Below, in pieces: positions 9,854-20,487 of a DNA stretch of 57,012 nucleotides. The stretch is taken from assembly GCA_964464475.1 (NCBI GenBank), contig CAYXGG010000012.1, forward strand, positions 2,611 to 59,622. Reading direction: 5' to 3'. The notes under the pieces are model-generated. The model was not told the origin of the DNA, made no database searches, and saw only the letters and a program-made list of their open reading frames with translations. Source of the DNA: an uncultured Planctomycetales bacterium (GTDB lineage: Bacteria > Omnitrophota > Gorgyraeia > Zapsychrales > JAHFFX01). Each line of letters opens with the position of its first letter. Position 1 is the stretch's first letter. The position numbers were made by a program, and so were the translations under genes.

Positions 9854-10171
9854 ATGCCAATCCCGAAGACAATTGTTGTACCAAATTCAACCCGCTGTTT
9901 GCCAACCTCAGGAAAAATTACCAAAGTGGTTAAAATGGTGAATGATACTGGGCAGGGAGCGGAAATTAGTTTTGGCTATCAAATTCGGCAGTTTAAGTGC
10001 AAGAATGGGTGTGAGCATCACAATCATTTAGTATGTGTTGTCTGCGGTAAGGAACGTTATTTAGATTCGTTGCCTCTCGAGAATCTGCAAGATAAGCTTT
10101 CTAAAGCTAAACGTTTTTCCCCTAGCAAACATAGTTTTCAACTATTTGGCGTCTGTCGCGATTGCCAATAA
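9854..10171 (+). CDS. Fur-family C-terminal (metal-binding/dimerisation) domain protein lacking a recognisable winged helix
   Basis: HHNHLVCVVCGK and HSFQLFGVCRDCQ Fur motifs; only about 55 aa precede them. Confidence 0.7.
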   Translation: MPIPKTIVVPNSTRCLPTSGKITKVVKMVNDTGQGAEISFGYQIRQFKCKNGCEHHNHLVCVVCGKERYLDSLPLENLQDKLSKAKRFSPSKHSFQLFGVCRDCQ

Positions 10172-10240
10172 CCTTCCCGTCGGGTAGCAAATTTCCATTA
10201 AGTGTTTGAAGTCGTCTGCAAAATGTGTTAGCGTTACGCC

Positions 10241-10993
10241 ATGCATATTTTATTGACGAACGACGATGGTATTTATGCGGAGGGTATTTATGCCGTTTAC
10301 CGCGAGCTTAAGAAAATTGCGAAAGTGACCGTGGTCGCCCCGGATTCGGAACGCAGTTCGGTGGGGCACGGGATTACCTTGGCGCATCCTATTTACTACA
10401 AAAAAGTTAAAAGAAAAGACCGGTTTTTTGGTTATGGTATCAGTGGAACTCCTGCGGACTGTGTTAAATTTGGTTTAAGCGTCATCTTAAATAAGAAACC
10501 GGATTGGGTGGTCTCAGGAATTAATTTGGGAGCCAATGACGGGTGCAGTGTGTTTTATTCCGGGACGGTTGCGGGCGCGCGTGAGGGAGCGTTGCTAGGG
10601 GTTCCCGCCATGGCGGTTTCTTTGGCAACCTTTGTTGATCCCAATTTTAGTTTCGCGGCGCAAGTGACGGCTAAACTGGTTCAAACGCTGAAGGCGAAAC
10701 AGGTTAAACCCGGTACTTTTTTTAACGTGAATGTCCCGGCGTTGACCAAAAGCAAGACAAAAGGAATTCGATTGACCAGGCAAGGAAAGGTCCCGATTCA
10801 TGGCGCATTTCAGCGCCGATTTGACCCTAATTTGCGTGAATATTTTTGGATGACAGGAAAATTACCCGCGCCAAAAGCGAATACGGATTTTGATACCTAT
10901 GCCCTCAATCATGGTTATGTTGCGGTAACACCGGTTCACTGTGATTTAACCGACTATGGCGCTTTAGCAAACTTGTCTGATCTAAAATTTTAA
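10241..10993 (+). CDS. surE: 5'/3'-nucleotidase SurE
   Basis: ILLTNDDG, VAPDSERS, GTPADCV, VSGINLGAN, YSGTVAGAREG. Confidence 0.96.
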   Translation: MHILLTNDDGIYAEGIYAVYRELKKIAKVTVVAPDSERSSVGHGITLAHPIYYKKVKRKDRFFGYGISGTPADCVKFGLSVILNKKPDWVVSGINLGANDGCSVFYSGTVAGAREGALLGVPAMAVSLATFVDPNFSFAAQVTAKLVQTLKAKQVKPGTFFNVNVPALTKSKTKGIRLTRQGKVPIHGAFQRRFDPNLREYFWMTGKLPAPKANTDFDTYALNHGYVAVTPVHCDLTDYGALANLSDLKF

Positions 10994-11010
10994 TCTGCAG
11001 GATATCTTCG

Positions 11011-12813
11011 TTGAGTTTACCTCATTCAGCTAGTACTCGAACTTCTGACCAAAGCAAAAATTTTGCCCAAAGCGTCTTCTTGGTTTTGTTTTTTATCGGC
11101 CTCTTGGTCTATTTGCCCACCTTCAACGCACCGTTTCACTTTGACGATAAATTGACCATTGCTCGAAATCCCGGAATTAGGGAGCCGTGGCGTTTAGATT
11201 TAATTTGGCAAACGTTTAACACGCGTTTTGTTCCCGGAGTAACTTTTGCTCTCAATTTCTTTTTGAGCGGATTTAATCCTTTCAGTTACCACGTTTTTAA
11301 TTTTATTATCCATTTAACGAACGCTTGGCTGGTGTTTTGTTTGGTCCAAGGTATTGGTCAAACGCCTTATGCTCTTAAACGGTGGGCGGATTTTGATTGG
11401 CCGCGGCTGGGATTTTTGGCGGCGTTAATTTTTATAACCCACCCGGTGCAAACGGAAGCGATTTCATTCTTGACGCAACGCTACACGGCTCTCGCTGCTA
11501 CTTTTTCGTTGTTGACGGCGGTTCTCTTTTTTAAAGCCCGATTACAAAATCATTTTGGTTCTTTTTTAGCGGCCCTGTTGACGTGCTTGTTGGCGATGTT
11601 TTGTAAGGAACATACCGTGACGCTTCCGCTGCTTTTGTTGCTGCTTGATTTTGCATTATTAAAAGAATCTACCCAGAAAGCAGAGGCGAAACAATTACCG
11701 GTTTGGGTGTTCTTACTGCTACTGCCGGTGATCCCATTGACTTTAACTAATACCGGACAAGGCACAATTCATACCGCTCGAATAGCCAATATACAAATGG
11801 ACAAGCACTCTAGAGAAGGAAACGTGGATATCACTCGGGCCACCTGGGGGGAACTTAGTCGCCACGAATATTTTCTTACGCAGCTGAACGTCATAGTTAC
11901 TTATTTAAGGCTTTATTTTTTGCCTATCAATCAGAATTTGGATTACGACTATCCCATTGTTAAAAATTGGCGGGATCCTAAAACTATAGGCTGTGGTTTG
12001 CTGATAGTCGGGCTAGGTGTCTTAGCGGTAAAATTTTGGTCGAGCGCAAGGCTGATAGCCGTGGGAATTCTATGGTTTTTTATTTCTTTGAGTGTTGAGT
12101 CGAGTGTTATCCCCATTGGTCACGTCATTGCGGAATATCGCCTGTATTTCCCCATACTGGGACTCATCTTGGCGACTATATTTATTTTGGCAATCCTGAT
12201 TCGTTTTTCCCGAGTGTATTTATTAGTTGCTTTTGCGTTGGTCGGAGTGTTGGCGATAATAGCGAATCAAAGAAATGTGGTCTGGAGTTCTGAAATTAGA
12301 CTTTGGGAGGATGTTGTGGTTAAATCTCCACGCAAATCCCGTCCCCATATTAATTTGGCGTTGGCGTATTCTCATAAGGGCAAATGGGACCAAGCGATTG
12401 AACATCTGAAGTGGGTAGAAAAATACGATCCTAGCAACAGTTTTGTAACGGTGAATTTGGGATTCATCTATTCTGCGAAAGGCGAAACTGAATTAGCTAT
12501 TGATTACCTGGAGCGTACCATCAAACTTAATCCTCAAGCGGTTGAGGCTTACGTTAATTTGGGTGCGATTTATGGAGATCGTAAAGAATTTGTTAAGGAG
12601 ATAACGCTTTATGAACAAGCGCTCAAGGTTGATCCCCGACAGGAAGAAATCTATGTAAATTTAGGGATCACTTACGTTGAAATGAAAAATTTTCCGGCCG
12701 CCCAACAACAAGTTTTGAAACTCTTGGAATTAAAGAGATCGGATTTGGCTCATCGATTGGAGCAATTCATTTTGCAGGCCGAAAAAGAAACAGTTTTCCC
12801 GGAACGATTCTAG
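11011..12813 (+). CDS. TMTC-like polytopic membrane protein (GT-C fold) with C-terminal TPRs
   Basis: FHFDD acidic motif after TM1, HPVQTEAI, CKEH, AEYRLYFP, RNVVW..LWED, then several TPR repeats. Confidence 0.75.
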   Translation: MSLPHSASTRTSDQSKNFAQSVFLVLFFIGLLVYLPTFNAPFHFDDKLTIARNPGIREPWRLDLIWQTFNTRFVPGVTFALNFFLSGFNPFSYHVFNFIIHLTNAWLVFCLVQGIGQTPYALKRWADFDWPRLGFLAALIFITHPVQTEAISFLTQRYTALAATFSLLTAVLFFKARLQNHFGSFLAALLTCLLAMFCKEHTVTLPLLLLLLDFALLKESTQKAEAKQLPVWVFLLLLPVIPLTLTNTGQGTIHTARIANIQMDKHSREGNVDITRATWGELSRHEYFLTQLNVIVTYLRLYFLPINQNLDYDYPIVKNWRDPKTIGCGLLIVGLGVLAVKFWSSARLIAVGILWFFISLSVESSVIPIGHVIAEYRLYFPILGLILATIFILAILIRFSRVYLLVAFALVGVLAIIANQRNVVWSSEIRLWEDVVVKSPRKSRPHINLALAYSHKGKWDQAIEHLKWVEKYDPSNSFVTVNLGFIYSAKGETELAIDYLERTIKLNPQAVEAYVNLGAIYGDRKEFVKEITLYEQALKVDPRQEEIYVNLGITYVEMKNFPAAQQQVLKLLELKRSDLAHRLEQFILQAEKETVFPERF

Positions 12814-12822
12814 GTGAATGTC

Positions 12823-12851
12823 TTGAAAACCTCTTAACCCCATAATATAAT
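12823..12851 (+). promoter_or_regulatory. Putative sigma70 promoter of the gltA operon
   Basis: TTGAAA (12823-12828), 17 nt spacer, TATAAT (12846-12851); RBS GGAG before ATG 12884. Confidence 0.65.
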
Positions 12852-12883
12852 ACCCCATTCTTTAACGCCTCGGAGATAACCTC

Positions 12884-14173
12884 ATGGATGACAAAGTAAT
12901 TATTCACATTGGTGATAAGACCATTGATTTTTCGACCACAATAGGATCAATGGGTGAAAAAGCTTTTGATATTTCTAAACTGAGAGACCAAACGGGTTTC
13001 ATTACACTTGATCCCGGGTTTGGTAATACGGGATCTTGCAAAAGCGCTATAACTTTTGTAGATGGAGACAGCGGGGTTTTATTGTACCGAGGCATTCCGG
13101 TTCAACAGTTAGCCGAACGCTCGACATTTGTTGAAACAGCGTATCTGTTGATTTATGGGGCATTGCCAACTCAGAAGCAATTAGATCAGTTTTCCGATAG
13201 TTTTACCCAGCATGCGATGATTCACGAGGATATGAAGAATTTTTTTTATGGGTATCCTTCCACGGGGCATCCGATGGCCATTTTGTCCGCCATGGTCTGT
13301 TCTATGTCAGCCTATTACCCTGAGTTGATGAAATCAGAATCAACTAAAGAAGATTTTGACAAAATCGCAGTCATGCTTCTGTCTAAGGTCCGTACCATTT
13401 GCGCATTTTCGTATAAGAAATCTATTGGAGAACCTTTCATAAATCCAAAGGCGGATTTAAAATACATTCCTAATTTTTTGAACATGATGTTTGCTTCACC
13501 GAGTCGAGATTATCGTATTGATGAGGAAGAAGTAGCCGCGTTGCGGGTATTGCTTATTTTACACGCAGATCATGAGCAGAATTGCAGTACGTCAACAGTT
13601 AGGTTGGTTGGGAGCTCGCGTGCTAATTTGTTTGCTTCGGTGGCAGCGGGGATTTGTGCGTTGTGGGGGCCTTTGCACGGAGGAGCAAATCAAGAAGTTG
13701 TTGAGATGCTACAGCAAATTCATGATGATGGGGGAGATGTCATGAAATACGTGAACATGGCAAAGGATAAATCGAGCAATTTTAGACTCATGGGTTTTGG
13801 TCACCGCGTTTATAAGAATTTTGATCCTAGGGCAAAAATTATTAAAGAAAGAGCGCACGCGTTGGTTCAGAAAAAAGGTATACACGATCCTTTGTTAGAT
13901 ATCGCCGTCAAACTTGAGGAAGTAGCTCTTAAGGATCCTTATTTCGTGGAGCGAAAACTGTATCCAAACGTTGATTTTTACAGCGGGATTATTTATCGCA
14001 CCATTGGTATTCCTCTCAATATGTTTCCTGTTATGTTCGCCATTGGTCGTTTGCCAGGATGGATCGCCCATTGGAAGGAAATGACCGAAGATGCAGCAAC
14101 TAAAATTGGGCGTCCTCGGCAAATATATACGGGTCCAACTAAACGAGATTATGTTCCTATTGAACAACGTTAA
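12884..14173 (+). CDS. gltA: Citrate synthase (type II)
   Basis: DPGFGNTGSC, HADHEQNCSTS, GPLHGGAN, GFGHRVYK, YPNVDFYSG. Confidence 0.97.
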   Translation: MDDKVIIHIGDKTIDFSTTIGSMGEKAFDISKLRDQTGFITLDPGFGNTGSCKSAITFVDGDSGVLLYRGIPVQQLAERSTFVETAYLLIYGALPTQKQLDQFSDSFTQHAMIHEDMKNFFYGYPSTGHPMAILSAMVCSMSAYYPELMKSESTKEDFDKIAVMLLSKVRTICAFSYKKSIGEPFINPKADLKYIPNFLNMMFASPSRDYRIDEEEVAALRVLLILHADHEQNCSTSTVRLVGSSRANLFASVAAGICALWGPLHGGANQEVVEMLQQIHDDGGDVMKYVNMAKDKSSNFRLMGFGHRVYKNFDPRAKIIKERAHALVQKKGIHDPLLDIAVKLEEVALKDPYFVERKLYPNVDFYSGIIYRTIGIPLNMFPVMFAIGRLPGWIAHWKEMTEDAATKIGRPRQIYTGPTKRDYVPIEQR

Positions 14174-14211
14174 TTTTTGTTAAAGAATACATGTAAGAAG
14201 GGAGTCTCACA

Positions 14212-15663
14212 TTGATTAAATTACAGTCTTCGGCTAAATGGAATCGAAAAGCCACGGTGGTCTTCTTAACCGTTGAGCAACTTAAGACTAAGAATTTTCA
14301 GTTTGCTAACAAGGAAGTGGTTGAGCAATTGCTGCAATTGCGTGATGCAGGGCAATTTTTAGCTGATAAAGATCAGCTCTTCCCAATGCTCAATAATAAA
14401 AGAATTGTTCTGTTTGTGGGGTTGGGGGCAGCTAAAGATTTGACGGGCACCGCGTTGCGTATTTCTGTTCGTCGGGCACTTGTGTCGTCGTATGTCACCA
14501 AAGTTAAGGATATTGAAATTGTGCCGCATTCCCAGGATAAAGTAGAATTGGTGGCGGTGGTTGAAGGTATCATGTTGGGATTGTACTCATGGAAAAAATA
14601 CCTTTCTGTTGATCCTAAAGATTCAGCCCCGCAGGAAAAGGATATCTATCTAGTAGCTTCGCAAACTGCAATTTGTGATCAGGCCATCAAAATTTGTGAG
14701 GGTGTTAATTTTGCCCGAGATTTAGTTAACGAAAACGCAGATACAGCGACGTCGACATTTATTGAAAAAAAAATTAAAGAAATAGTCAAAGGACAGAAAA
14801 GAATAACGATTAAGGTTCTTAATCAGAAGGAGATGGAACAAATTGGTCTAGGTCTGCATTTGGCGGTCAATCGAGGCAGTCCAAAGGAACCGAAGTTGAT
14901 TATAGTCAAATATGCCGGAGGCGCGGCACAGGATCCTTATACGGCTGTAGTGGGCAAAGGTATCACCTTTGATACGGGAGGATTAAATTTAAAACCCACT
15001 GGGTACATGGAAACCATGCGTACGGATATGAGTGGATCTGCGGCTGTGGCTGGTTCTTTAAAAAATATTGTTTCGTTGCAGCCCAAAAAAAATCTACTTT
15101 TTGTTTTGGCGATTGCGGAGAACGCTATTGGCTCAAACAGTTATAAACCTGGGGATGTGTTTCGTAGTTATTCAGGAAAGACGGTTGAAATTGGTAACAC
15201 GGACGCAGAAGGGCGTTTGGTTTTGGCCGACGCGCTTGCTTATGTCATTAAGAATTACCAGCCAGCCCGGGTGATTGATTTGGCCACACTGACAGGGGCT
15301 TGCGTGGTGGCACTAGGCCCCGATTACGCAGGATTGATGACTAATAATGATGATTTTGCCAAACAGCTGGTGCGATCGTCTAAGGCTACTGATGATCGGG
15401 TGTGGCGCTTGCCGGTTTATCCTGAAATAAAGGATTCCATCAAATCCCCGATTGCGGATATCAAAAATACGGGTTTTCCCAAGGGCGCGGCAGGAGCACT
15501 GACGGCCGCGGAATTCTTGCGTCGCTTTGTCGGAGACACCCCGTGGGCGCATTTAGATATCGCGGGAACAGCGTATGTTGACGGCCCTGGTCGTTGGTAT
15601 TATGGTCAAGGAGCAACGGGATTTGGCGTGCGTTTAGTAACGAATTATTTACTTACTAATTAA
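14212..15663 (+). CDS. pepA: Leucyl aminopeptidase (M17)
   Basis: VGKGITFDTGG, DMSGSA, NTDAEGRL, ATLTGA, HLDIAGT; TTG start after GGGAG. Confidence 0.94.
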   Translation: MIKLQSSAKWNRKATVVFLTVEQLKTKNFQFANKEVVEQLLQLRDAGQFLADKDQLFPMLNNKRIVLFVGLGAAKDLTGTALRISVRRALVSSYVTKVKDIEIVPHSQDKVELVAVVEGIMLGLYSWKKYLSVDPKDSAPQEKDIYLVASQTAICDQAIKICEGVNFARDLVNENADTATSTFIEKKIKEIVKGQKRITIKVLNQKEMEQIGLGLHLAVNRGSPKEPKLIIVKYAGGAAQDPYTAVVGKGITFDTGGLNLKPTGYMETMRTDMSGSAAVAGSLKNIVSLQPKKNLLFVLAIAENAIGSNSYKPGDVFRSYSGKTVEIGNTDAEGRLVLADALAYVIKNYQPARVIDLATLTGACVVALGPDYAGLMTNNDDFAKQLVRSSKATDDRVWRLPVYPEIKDSIKSPIADIKNTGFPKGAAGALTAAEFLRRFVGDTPWAHLDIAGTAYVDGPGRWYYGQGATGFGVRLVTNYLLTN

Positions 15664-15683
15664 TTCTTTTGCAGGAATTTTTT

Positions 15684-17183
15684 ATGTGCAGCACCAAACA
15701 AATAACGCGTTGCTTAATTCTTTTTCTTGTTTTTGCTGCTATATTAACTTTTCGCCAAGTTAATTCATCTCAATCGCAATGGTTGGTTTTGCCTCTCGAT
15801 GATGCGACTATTAATCCGATAACTGCGGAATATATTTCACAGGGCATTGATAAAGCCAGCGAGGCAGATCTTGCGGGGGTTATTGTTAAGCTCGACACCC
15901 CAGGAGGTTTGCTTAGTTCTACGCGTACTATTTGCAAGAAAATCCTTTCCTCACCAGTTCCAGTTATTGTCTATATTGCGCCAAGCGGTTCGCGGGCTGG
16001 CTCTGCCGGAGTTTTTATCACCTATGCCAGTCATATTGCGGCGATGGCTCCATCGTCCAATATTGGCGCGGCACATCCTGTTGAAATGGGCGGAGGTAAT
16101 GGACGCCGTTCTTCGGATCGAGGATTAGAAGAGGTTCGGGATTCTCTGCAGAAATTGTTGAAACAGCGGACCGCAAATGACGCCGATAAAGATCCTGTTA
16201 CCAATAGCGAAAATAATGCAATCTCAGAAGATGATCAAATAGTAAAGAAAGAAAAAGTTGATTCATCTGATGAGAATAATGTTACTTCTGAGGCCAAAGA
16301 TCCGTTGGCGGATAAGATTCTCAATGATACCGTGGCATTTATAAAATCAATGGCCCAAATGCGGCAACGAAATGAAGCTTGGGCTATTCAAAGTGTTACC
16401 GAAAGCGATTCAATCACAGAGACGGAAGCGCTTGAAAAGAAAGTTGTGGAAATTATTGCTCGCGATGAGAATGATTTGCTCAAACAGCTGAATGGACGCG
16501 TTATTACGGTGCAGGATAAAGAAGTAACCCTGGTTACGGATGACGCTACTTGGGTACAATATCCCATGAGTTTTCGTCAGGATTTTTTTAATGTCCTGGC
16601 GAATCCGAATATTGCCTACATATTAATGATTTTAGGTTTCTATGGTCTTTTATTTGAGATCACTCATCCGGGCTCTGGGGTTCCGGGTGTTTTGGGCGCA
16701 ATCTTTATGATTTTGGCTTTCTTTAGTTTTCAGGCTTTGCCGACCAATTATGCGGCCTTGGCGTTGGTTTTGATGGGATTGGTATTAATGATTGTTGAAG
16801 CCAAAGCGCCTGGAGTAGGATTATGGGCGGTTTCAGGCGTTGCTTGTTTGCTGTTGGGTTCATTTTTGTTATTTGATTCCCATTTACCGATGTTTCAAGT
16901 ATCGATAGGGATTATTCTAGGTTTTAGTGTTTCCACCTTGGTCATTGTTTTTGTTTTGGTTCAGGCCGTTATTCGCGCTAGTCAGAATAAAGTTCAAGTT
17001 GGGAAGGAAGGGATGATCGGTGAACAAGGTTTTGCTTTATCTGATTTGGTTCCTGGTCAAGAAGGCAAAGTGTTTGTTCATGGAACGATCTGGAATGGTA
17101 TCAGTGATGAACCGATCTCTAAGGATGGCAAGTTGCAAGTTCTAAAAACGGAAGGCATGTTGCTTAAGGTAAAAAAAATTTAA
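15684..17183 (+). CDS. nfeD: NfeD long-form membrane-bound serine protease
   Basis: LDTPGG, RAGSAG, IGAAHPV, multiple TMs, C-terminal OB domain GKVFVHGTIW; adjacent slipin gene. Confidence 0.9.
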   Translation: MCSTKQITRCLILFLVFAAILTFRQVNSSQSQWLVLPLDDATINPITAEYISQGIDKASEADLAGVIVKLDTPGGLLSSTRTICKKILSSPVPVIVYIAPSGSRAGSAGVFITYASHIAAMAPSSNIGAAHPVEMGGGNGRRSSDRGLEEVRDSLQKLLKQRTANDADKDPVTNSENNAISEDDQIVKKEKVDSSDENNVTSEAKDPLADKILNDTVAFIKSMAQMRQRNEAWAIQSVTESDSITETEALEKKVVEIIARDENDLLKQLNGRVITVQDKEVTLVTDDATWVQYPMSFRQDFFNVLANPNIAYILMILGFYGLLFEITHPGSGVPGVLGAIFMILAFFSFQALPTNYAALALVLMGLVLMIVEAKAPGVGLWAVSGVACLLLGSFLLFDSHLPMFQVSIGIILGFSVSTLVIVFVLVQAVIRASQNKVQVGKEGMIGEQGFALSDLVPGQEGKVFVHGTIWNGISDEPISKDGKLQVLKTEGMLLKVKKI

Positions 17184-17198
17184 TTTAAGGAGGGTTCC

Positions 17199-17942
17199 AT
17201 GTTTCCGGTCATTGTGATTGTTGTGTTGTTGGTCTGGGTATTAAACTGTATTAAAGTTGTCAACGAGTACGAGCGAGTGGTTGTTTTTCGACTCGGAAGG
17301 GTGTTGGCGCAACCAAAGGGGCCCGGATTAGTTTTTATCCTTTGGCCTATTGATCGTGCGGTCACGATGAGTTTACGTTTGATTACGTTAGATGTTCCAC
17401 CTCAGGATGTCATTACCAAGGATAATGTCTCGGCCAAGGTCAACGCAGTTGCTTACTTTAGGGTTTTGGATCCGACCAAAGCCTTAATTGATGTAGAAGA
17501 TTTTCACTATGCGACGTCGCAGCGCGCTCAAACAACGTTACGTAGCGTTTTGGGTGAATGCGAGCTGGACGAACTTTTAAGCCAACGAGAGAAAATTAAC
17601 TCACAGTTACAGGCAATTTTGGATCGAGAGACCGATCCCTGGGGAATTAAAGTTACATCGGTTGAAATGAAGCATGTGGACCTTTCCGATGATCTCCGTA
17701 AAGCCATGGCCAGACAAGCGGAAGCTGAAAGAGAGCGTCGGGCCAAGGTTATCGCGGCTGATGGTGAATTTCAAGCTGCTGCCAAAATTTGTCAAGCTGC
17801 CGAGATGATGGAAAAACATCCCTCATCCATTCAGTTAAGATATTTACAGACGTTAGTCGAAATTGGCAAAACCAATAATACGACGACGGTTTTTCCTATA
17901 CCGATGGATTTGATGAAGTCTTGGTTAGACAAGAAATCTTAA
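17199..17942 (+). CDS. SPFH/band-7 (slipin/stomatin) protein
   Basis: [48 protein letters not shown]. Confidence 0.93.
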   Translation: MFPVIVIVVLLVWVLNCIKVVNEYERVVVFRLGRVLAQPKGPGLVFILWPIDRAVTMSLRLITLDVPPQDVITKDNVSAKVNAVAYFRVLDPTKALIDVEDFHYATSQRAQTTLRSVLGECELDELLSQREKINSQLQAILDRETDPWGIKVTSVEMKHVDLSDDLRKAMARQAEAERERRAKVIAADGEFQAAAKICQAAEMMEKHPSSIQLRYLQTLVEIGKTNNTTTVFPIPMDLMKSWLDKKS

Positions 17943-17967
17943 TTAAGTTGGGTGAAAGGATTGTTTT

Positions 17968-19356
17968 ATGAAGCAACGAATTGAAACTGATAGTATGGGT
18001 GAGATCAAGGTTCTCGGTGACCGCTATTATGGCGCGCAAACAGCGCGGTCTTTAGAGAATTTCAAAATTGGTGGCGAACGGTTTCCCCGCGAGTTTATCC
18101 GTGCGTTTGGGATCCTCAAGAAAGCTGCGGCGTTAACCAATTTAGAATTAAAGCTGTTGTCGAAAGACAAAGCGGATTTGATCGTGAAAGCGGCGGATGA
18201 GGTGATCACTGGAAAGCTAGACGAGCATTTTCCGTTAGTTGTTTGGCAAACAGGCAGCGGCACTCAGACCAACATGAACGTTAACGAAGTTATTTCTAAT
18301 CGTGCGATTGAACTAACCGGAGGGGTCATGGGAAGTAAGAATCCGATCCATCCCAATGACGATGTCAATAAATCACAATCCTCCAACGATACGTTCCCGA
18401 CAGCTATGCATATCGCTACGGTAGAGGAAACACATCGTCGGCTGATCCCGGAACTGAAACGTCTGCGTGATGCGCTTAGTAGAAAATCTAAAGAATTCGC
18501 TAAGGTCATTAAGATTGGTCGAACCCATTTAATGGACGCCACACCTTTGACCCTTGGTCAGGAGTTTTCAGGTTATGTGCAAATGTTGGATAATGGGTTG
18601 GATCGAATTAATGCAGCGTTGGAACATGTTTATGAATTGGCTTTGGGAGGCACAGCGGTCGGAACGGGACTTAACACGCATCCGGAATTTGCTCAAAAGT
18701 CAGCGCAAAAGATTGCTAAACTTACTGGTTTAAAGTTTGTTTCGGCCCGTAACAAGTTTGAGGCGTTGGCTACGCATGACGCTTTGGTAGAATTTCATGG
18801 TGCTCTTAAAACGATAGCTGTTTCTCTTATGAAGATAGCCAACGATGTTCGTTGGTTGGGGTCAGGGCCTCGTTGTGGGATAGCCGAGCTTTTGCTCCCT
18901 GAAAATGAGCCTGGAAGTTCCATCATGCCTGGAAAAGTCAACCCAACTCAATCTGAGGCCATGACCATGGTGTGTGTTCAAATTTTGGGCAATGATGTTA
19001 CCGTCAATTTTGGAGGAGCCAGCGGTAACTTTGAGCTCAACGTCTTTAAGCCTGTCATTATTTTCAATGTTTTGCAGTCCATTCGCTTGCTGTCGGATGC
19101 CTGCGAAAGTTTTGCCCTGAACTGTGTCGTAGGGATAGAAGCTAACCTTACGATGATCCAGAAACATTTGGATAATTCACTGATGTTAGTGACGGCATTA
19201 AATACCAAAATTGGGTACGATAATGCCGCCAAAGTGGCTAAAAAGGCCCACAAAGAGAATAAAACGTTAAAGCAGGCTGCTTTGGAACTTAAATTGCTTA
19301 CCGGTGATGAATTTGATGCGGTGGTTCGACCTGAGAAAATGATTGGACCAAGTTAA
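17968..19356 (+). CDS. fumC: Class II fumarate hydratase
   Basis: [40 protein letters not shown]. Confidence 0.97.
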   Translation: MKQRIETDSMGEIKVLGDRYYGAQTARSLENFKIGGERFPREFIRAFGILKKAAALTNLELKLLSKDKADLIVKAADEVITGKLDEHFPLVVWQTGSGTQTNMNVNEVISNRAIELTGGVMGSKNPIHPNDDVNKSQSSNDTFPTAMHIATVEETHRRLIPELKRLRDALSRKSKEFAKVIKIGRTHLMDATPLTLGQEFSGYVQMLDNGLDRINAALEHVYELALGGTAVGTGLNTHPEFAQKSAQKIAKLTGLKFVSARNKFEALATHDALVEFHGALKTIAVSLMKIANDVRWLGSGPRCGIAELLLPENEPGSSIMPGKVNPTQSEAMTMVCVQILGNDVTVNFGGASGNFELNVFKPVIIFNVLQSIRLLSDACESFALNCVVGIEANLTMIQKHLDNSLMLVTALNTKIGYDNAAKVAKKAHKENKTLKQAALELKLLTGDEFDAVVRPEKMIGPS

Positions 19357-19365
19357 TAAGGCCTT

Positions 19366-20487
19366 ATGATTATTGGTATACCAAAAGAAGTAAAAAATAA
19401 TGAATTTCGGGTAGGAATTTTACCGGTAGGGGTTGAATTATTAACTCAAAATGGCCACCAGGTATTGATTCAGCAGGATGCTGGAAAAGGCAGCGGTATT
19501 GCTGATGAAGATTATCGGGCTGCCGGTGCTCAAATTGTGTCTTCAGCTGGAGAGGTCTATAAAACCAGCGAAATGGTAGTAAAGATTAAAGAGCCCTTGC
19601 CGGAAGAATGGCCGTTACTAAAAGAGGGGCAAATTGTTTTTACTTACTTTCATTTTGCCGCGAGTCGTGATTTGGCCTTGGCGATGCTGGATCGAAGGAT
19701 TATCGCTTTGGCTTATGAGACACTACAAACCGAGAAAGGACAATTACCTTGTTTGACCCCCATGAGTGAAGTGGCCGGACGAATGGCTGTTCATGAAGGA
19801 GCCAAGTTTTTAGAAGAACCTATGAAGGGAAGGGGTATTCTTCTTGGTGGCGTTCCTGGGGTCGCGCCAGCGGAAGTCGTTATCCTTGGGGCTGGTGTCG
19901 TTGGAACGAATGCCTGTAAGATGGCTGCAGGTTTAGGTGCTAGGGTAACAGTCCTTGATGTGAATTTGGATCGATTGCGGTACTTGGAAGAAATTATGCC
20001 TCCTAATGTGAAAACGCTAATGAGTAATCCTCATACTGTTAAAGAATCTGTTATTAGAGCGGATCTTGTTATTTCATCGGTACTTAAGCGCGGGGCCAAA
20101 GCTCCTTGCCTGGTTGACAGAGACACGGTGAGTAAGATGAAGCCAGGAGCCGTGGTTGTGGATGTGGCCATTGATCAAGGGGGTTCTTTTGCCACCAGTC
20201 GACCTACAACCCATGAAAACCCTTCTTATGTAGTAGACGGGGTGGTTCATTATTGCGTGACAAACATGCCGGGAGCTGTGGCAAGAACTTCAACTTATGC
20301 CTTGACGAACGCTACCTTACCGTATATCCTAGTCCTGGCCAAAAAAGGCTGGAAAAGGGCCGTTGCCGAGGATTATTCTCTCCGTACTGCCCTCAATATG
20401 GTTCAGGGTGATTTGGTCATCAGAGAGGTTGCTGAAGCACTTAATCTACCCTATCAACAATATAACCCAGGGGTAAGCAATGGTTAA
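19366..20487 (+). CDS. ald: Alanine dehydrogenase
   Basis: IGIPKEVKNNEFRV, MSEVAGRMA, GAGVVG, DVAIDQGG, YCVTNMPGAV. Confidence 0.95.
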   Translation: MIIGIPKEVKNNEFRVGILPVGVELLTQNGHQVLIQQDAGKGSGIADEDYRAAGAQIVSSAGEVYKTSEMVVKIKEPLPEEWPLLKEGQIVFTYFHFAASRDLALAMLDRRIIALAYETLQTEKGQLPCLTPMSEVAGRMAVHEGAKFLEEPMKGRGILLGGVPGVAPAEVVILGAGVVGTNACKMAAGLGARVTVLDVNLDRLRYLEEIMPPNVKTLMSNPHTVKESVIRADLVISSVLKRGAKAPCLVDRDTVSKMKPGAVVVDVAIDQGGSFATSRPTTHENPSYVVDGVVHYCVTNMPGAVARTSTYALTNATLPYILVLAKKGWKRAVAEDYSLRTALNMVQGDLVIREVAEALNLPYQQYNPGVSNG

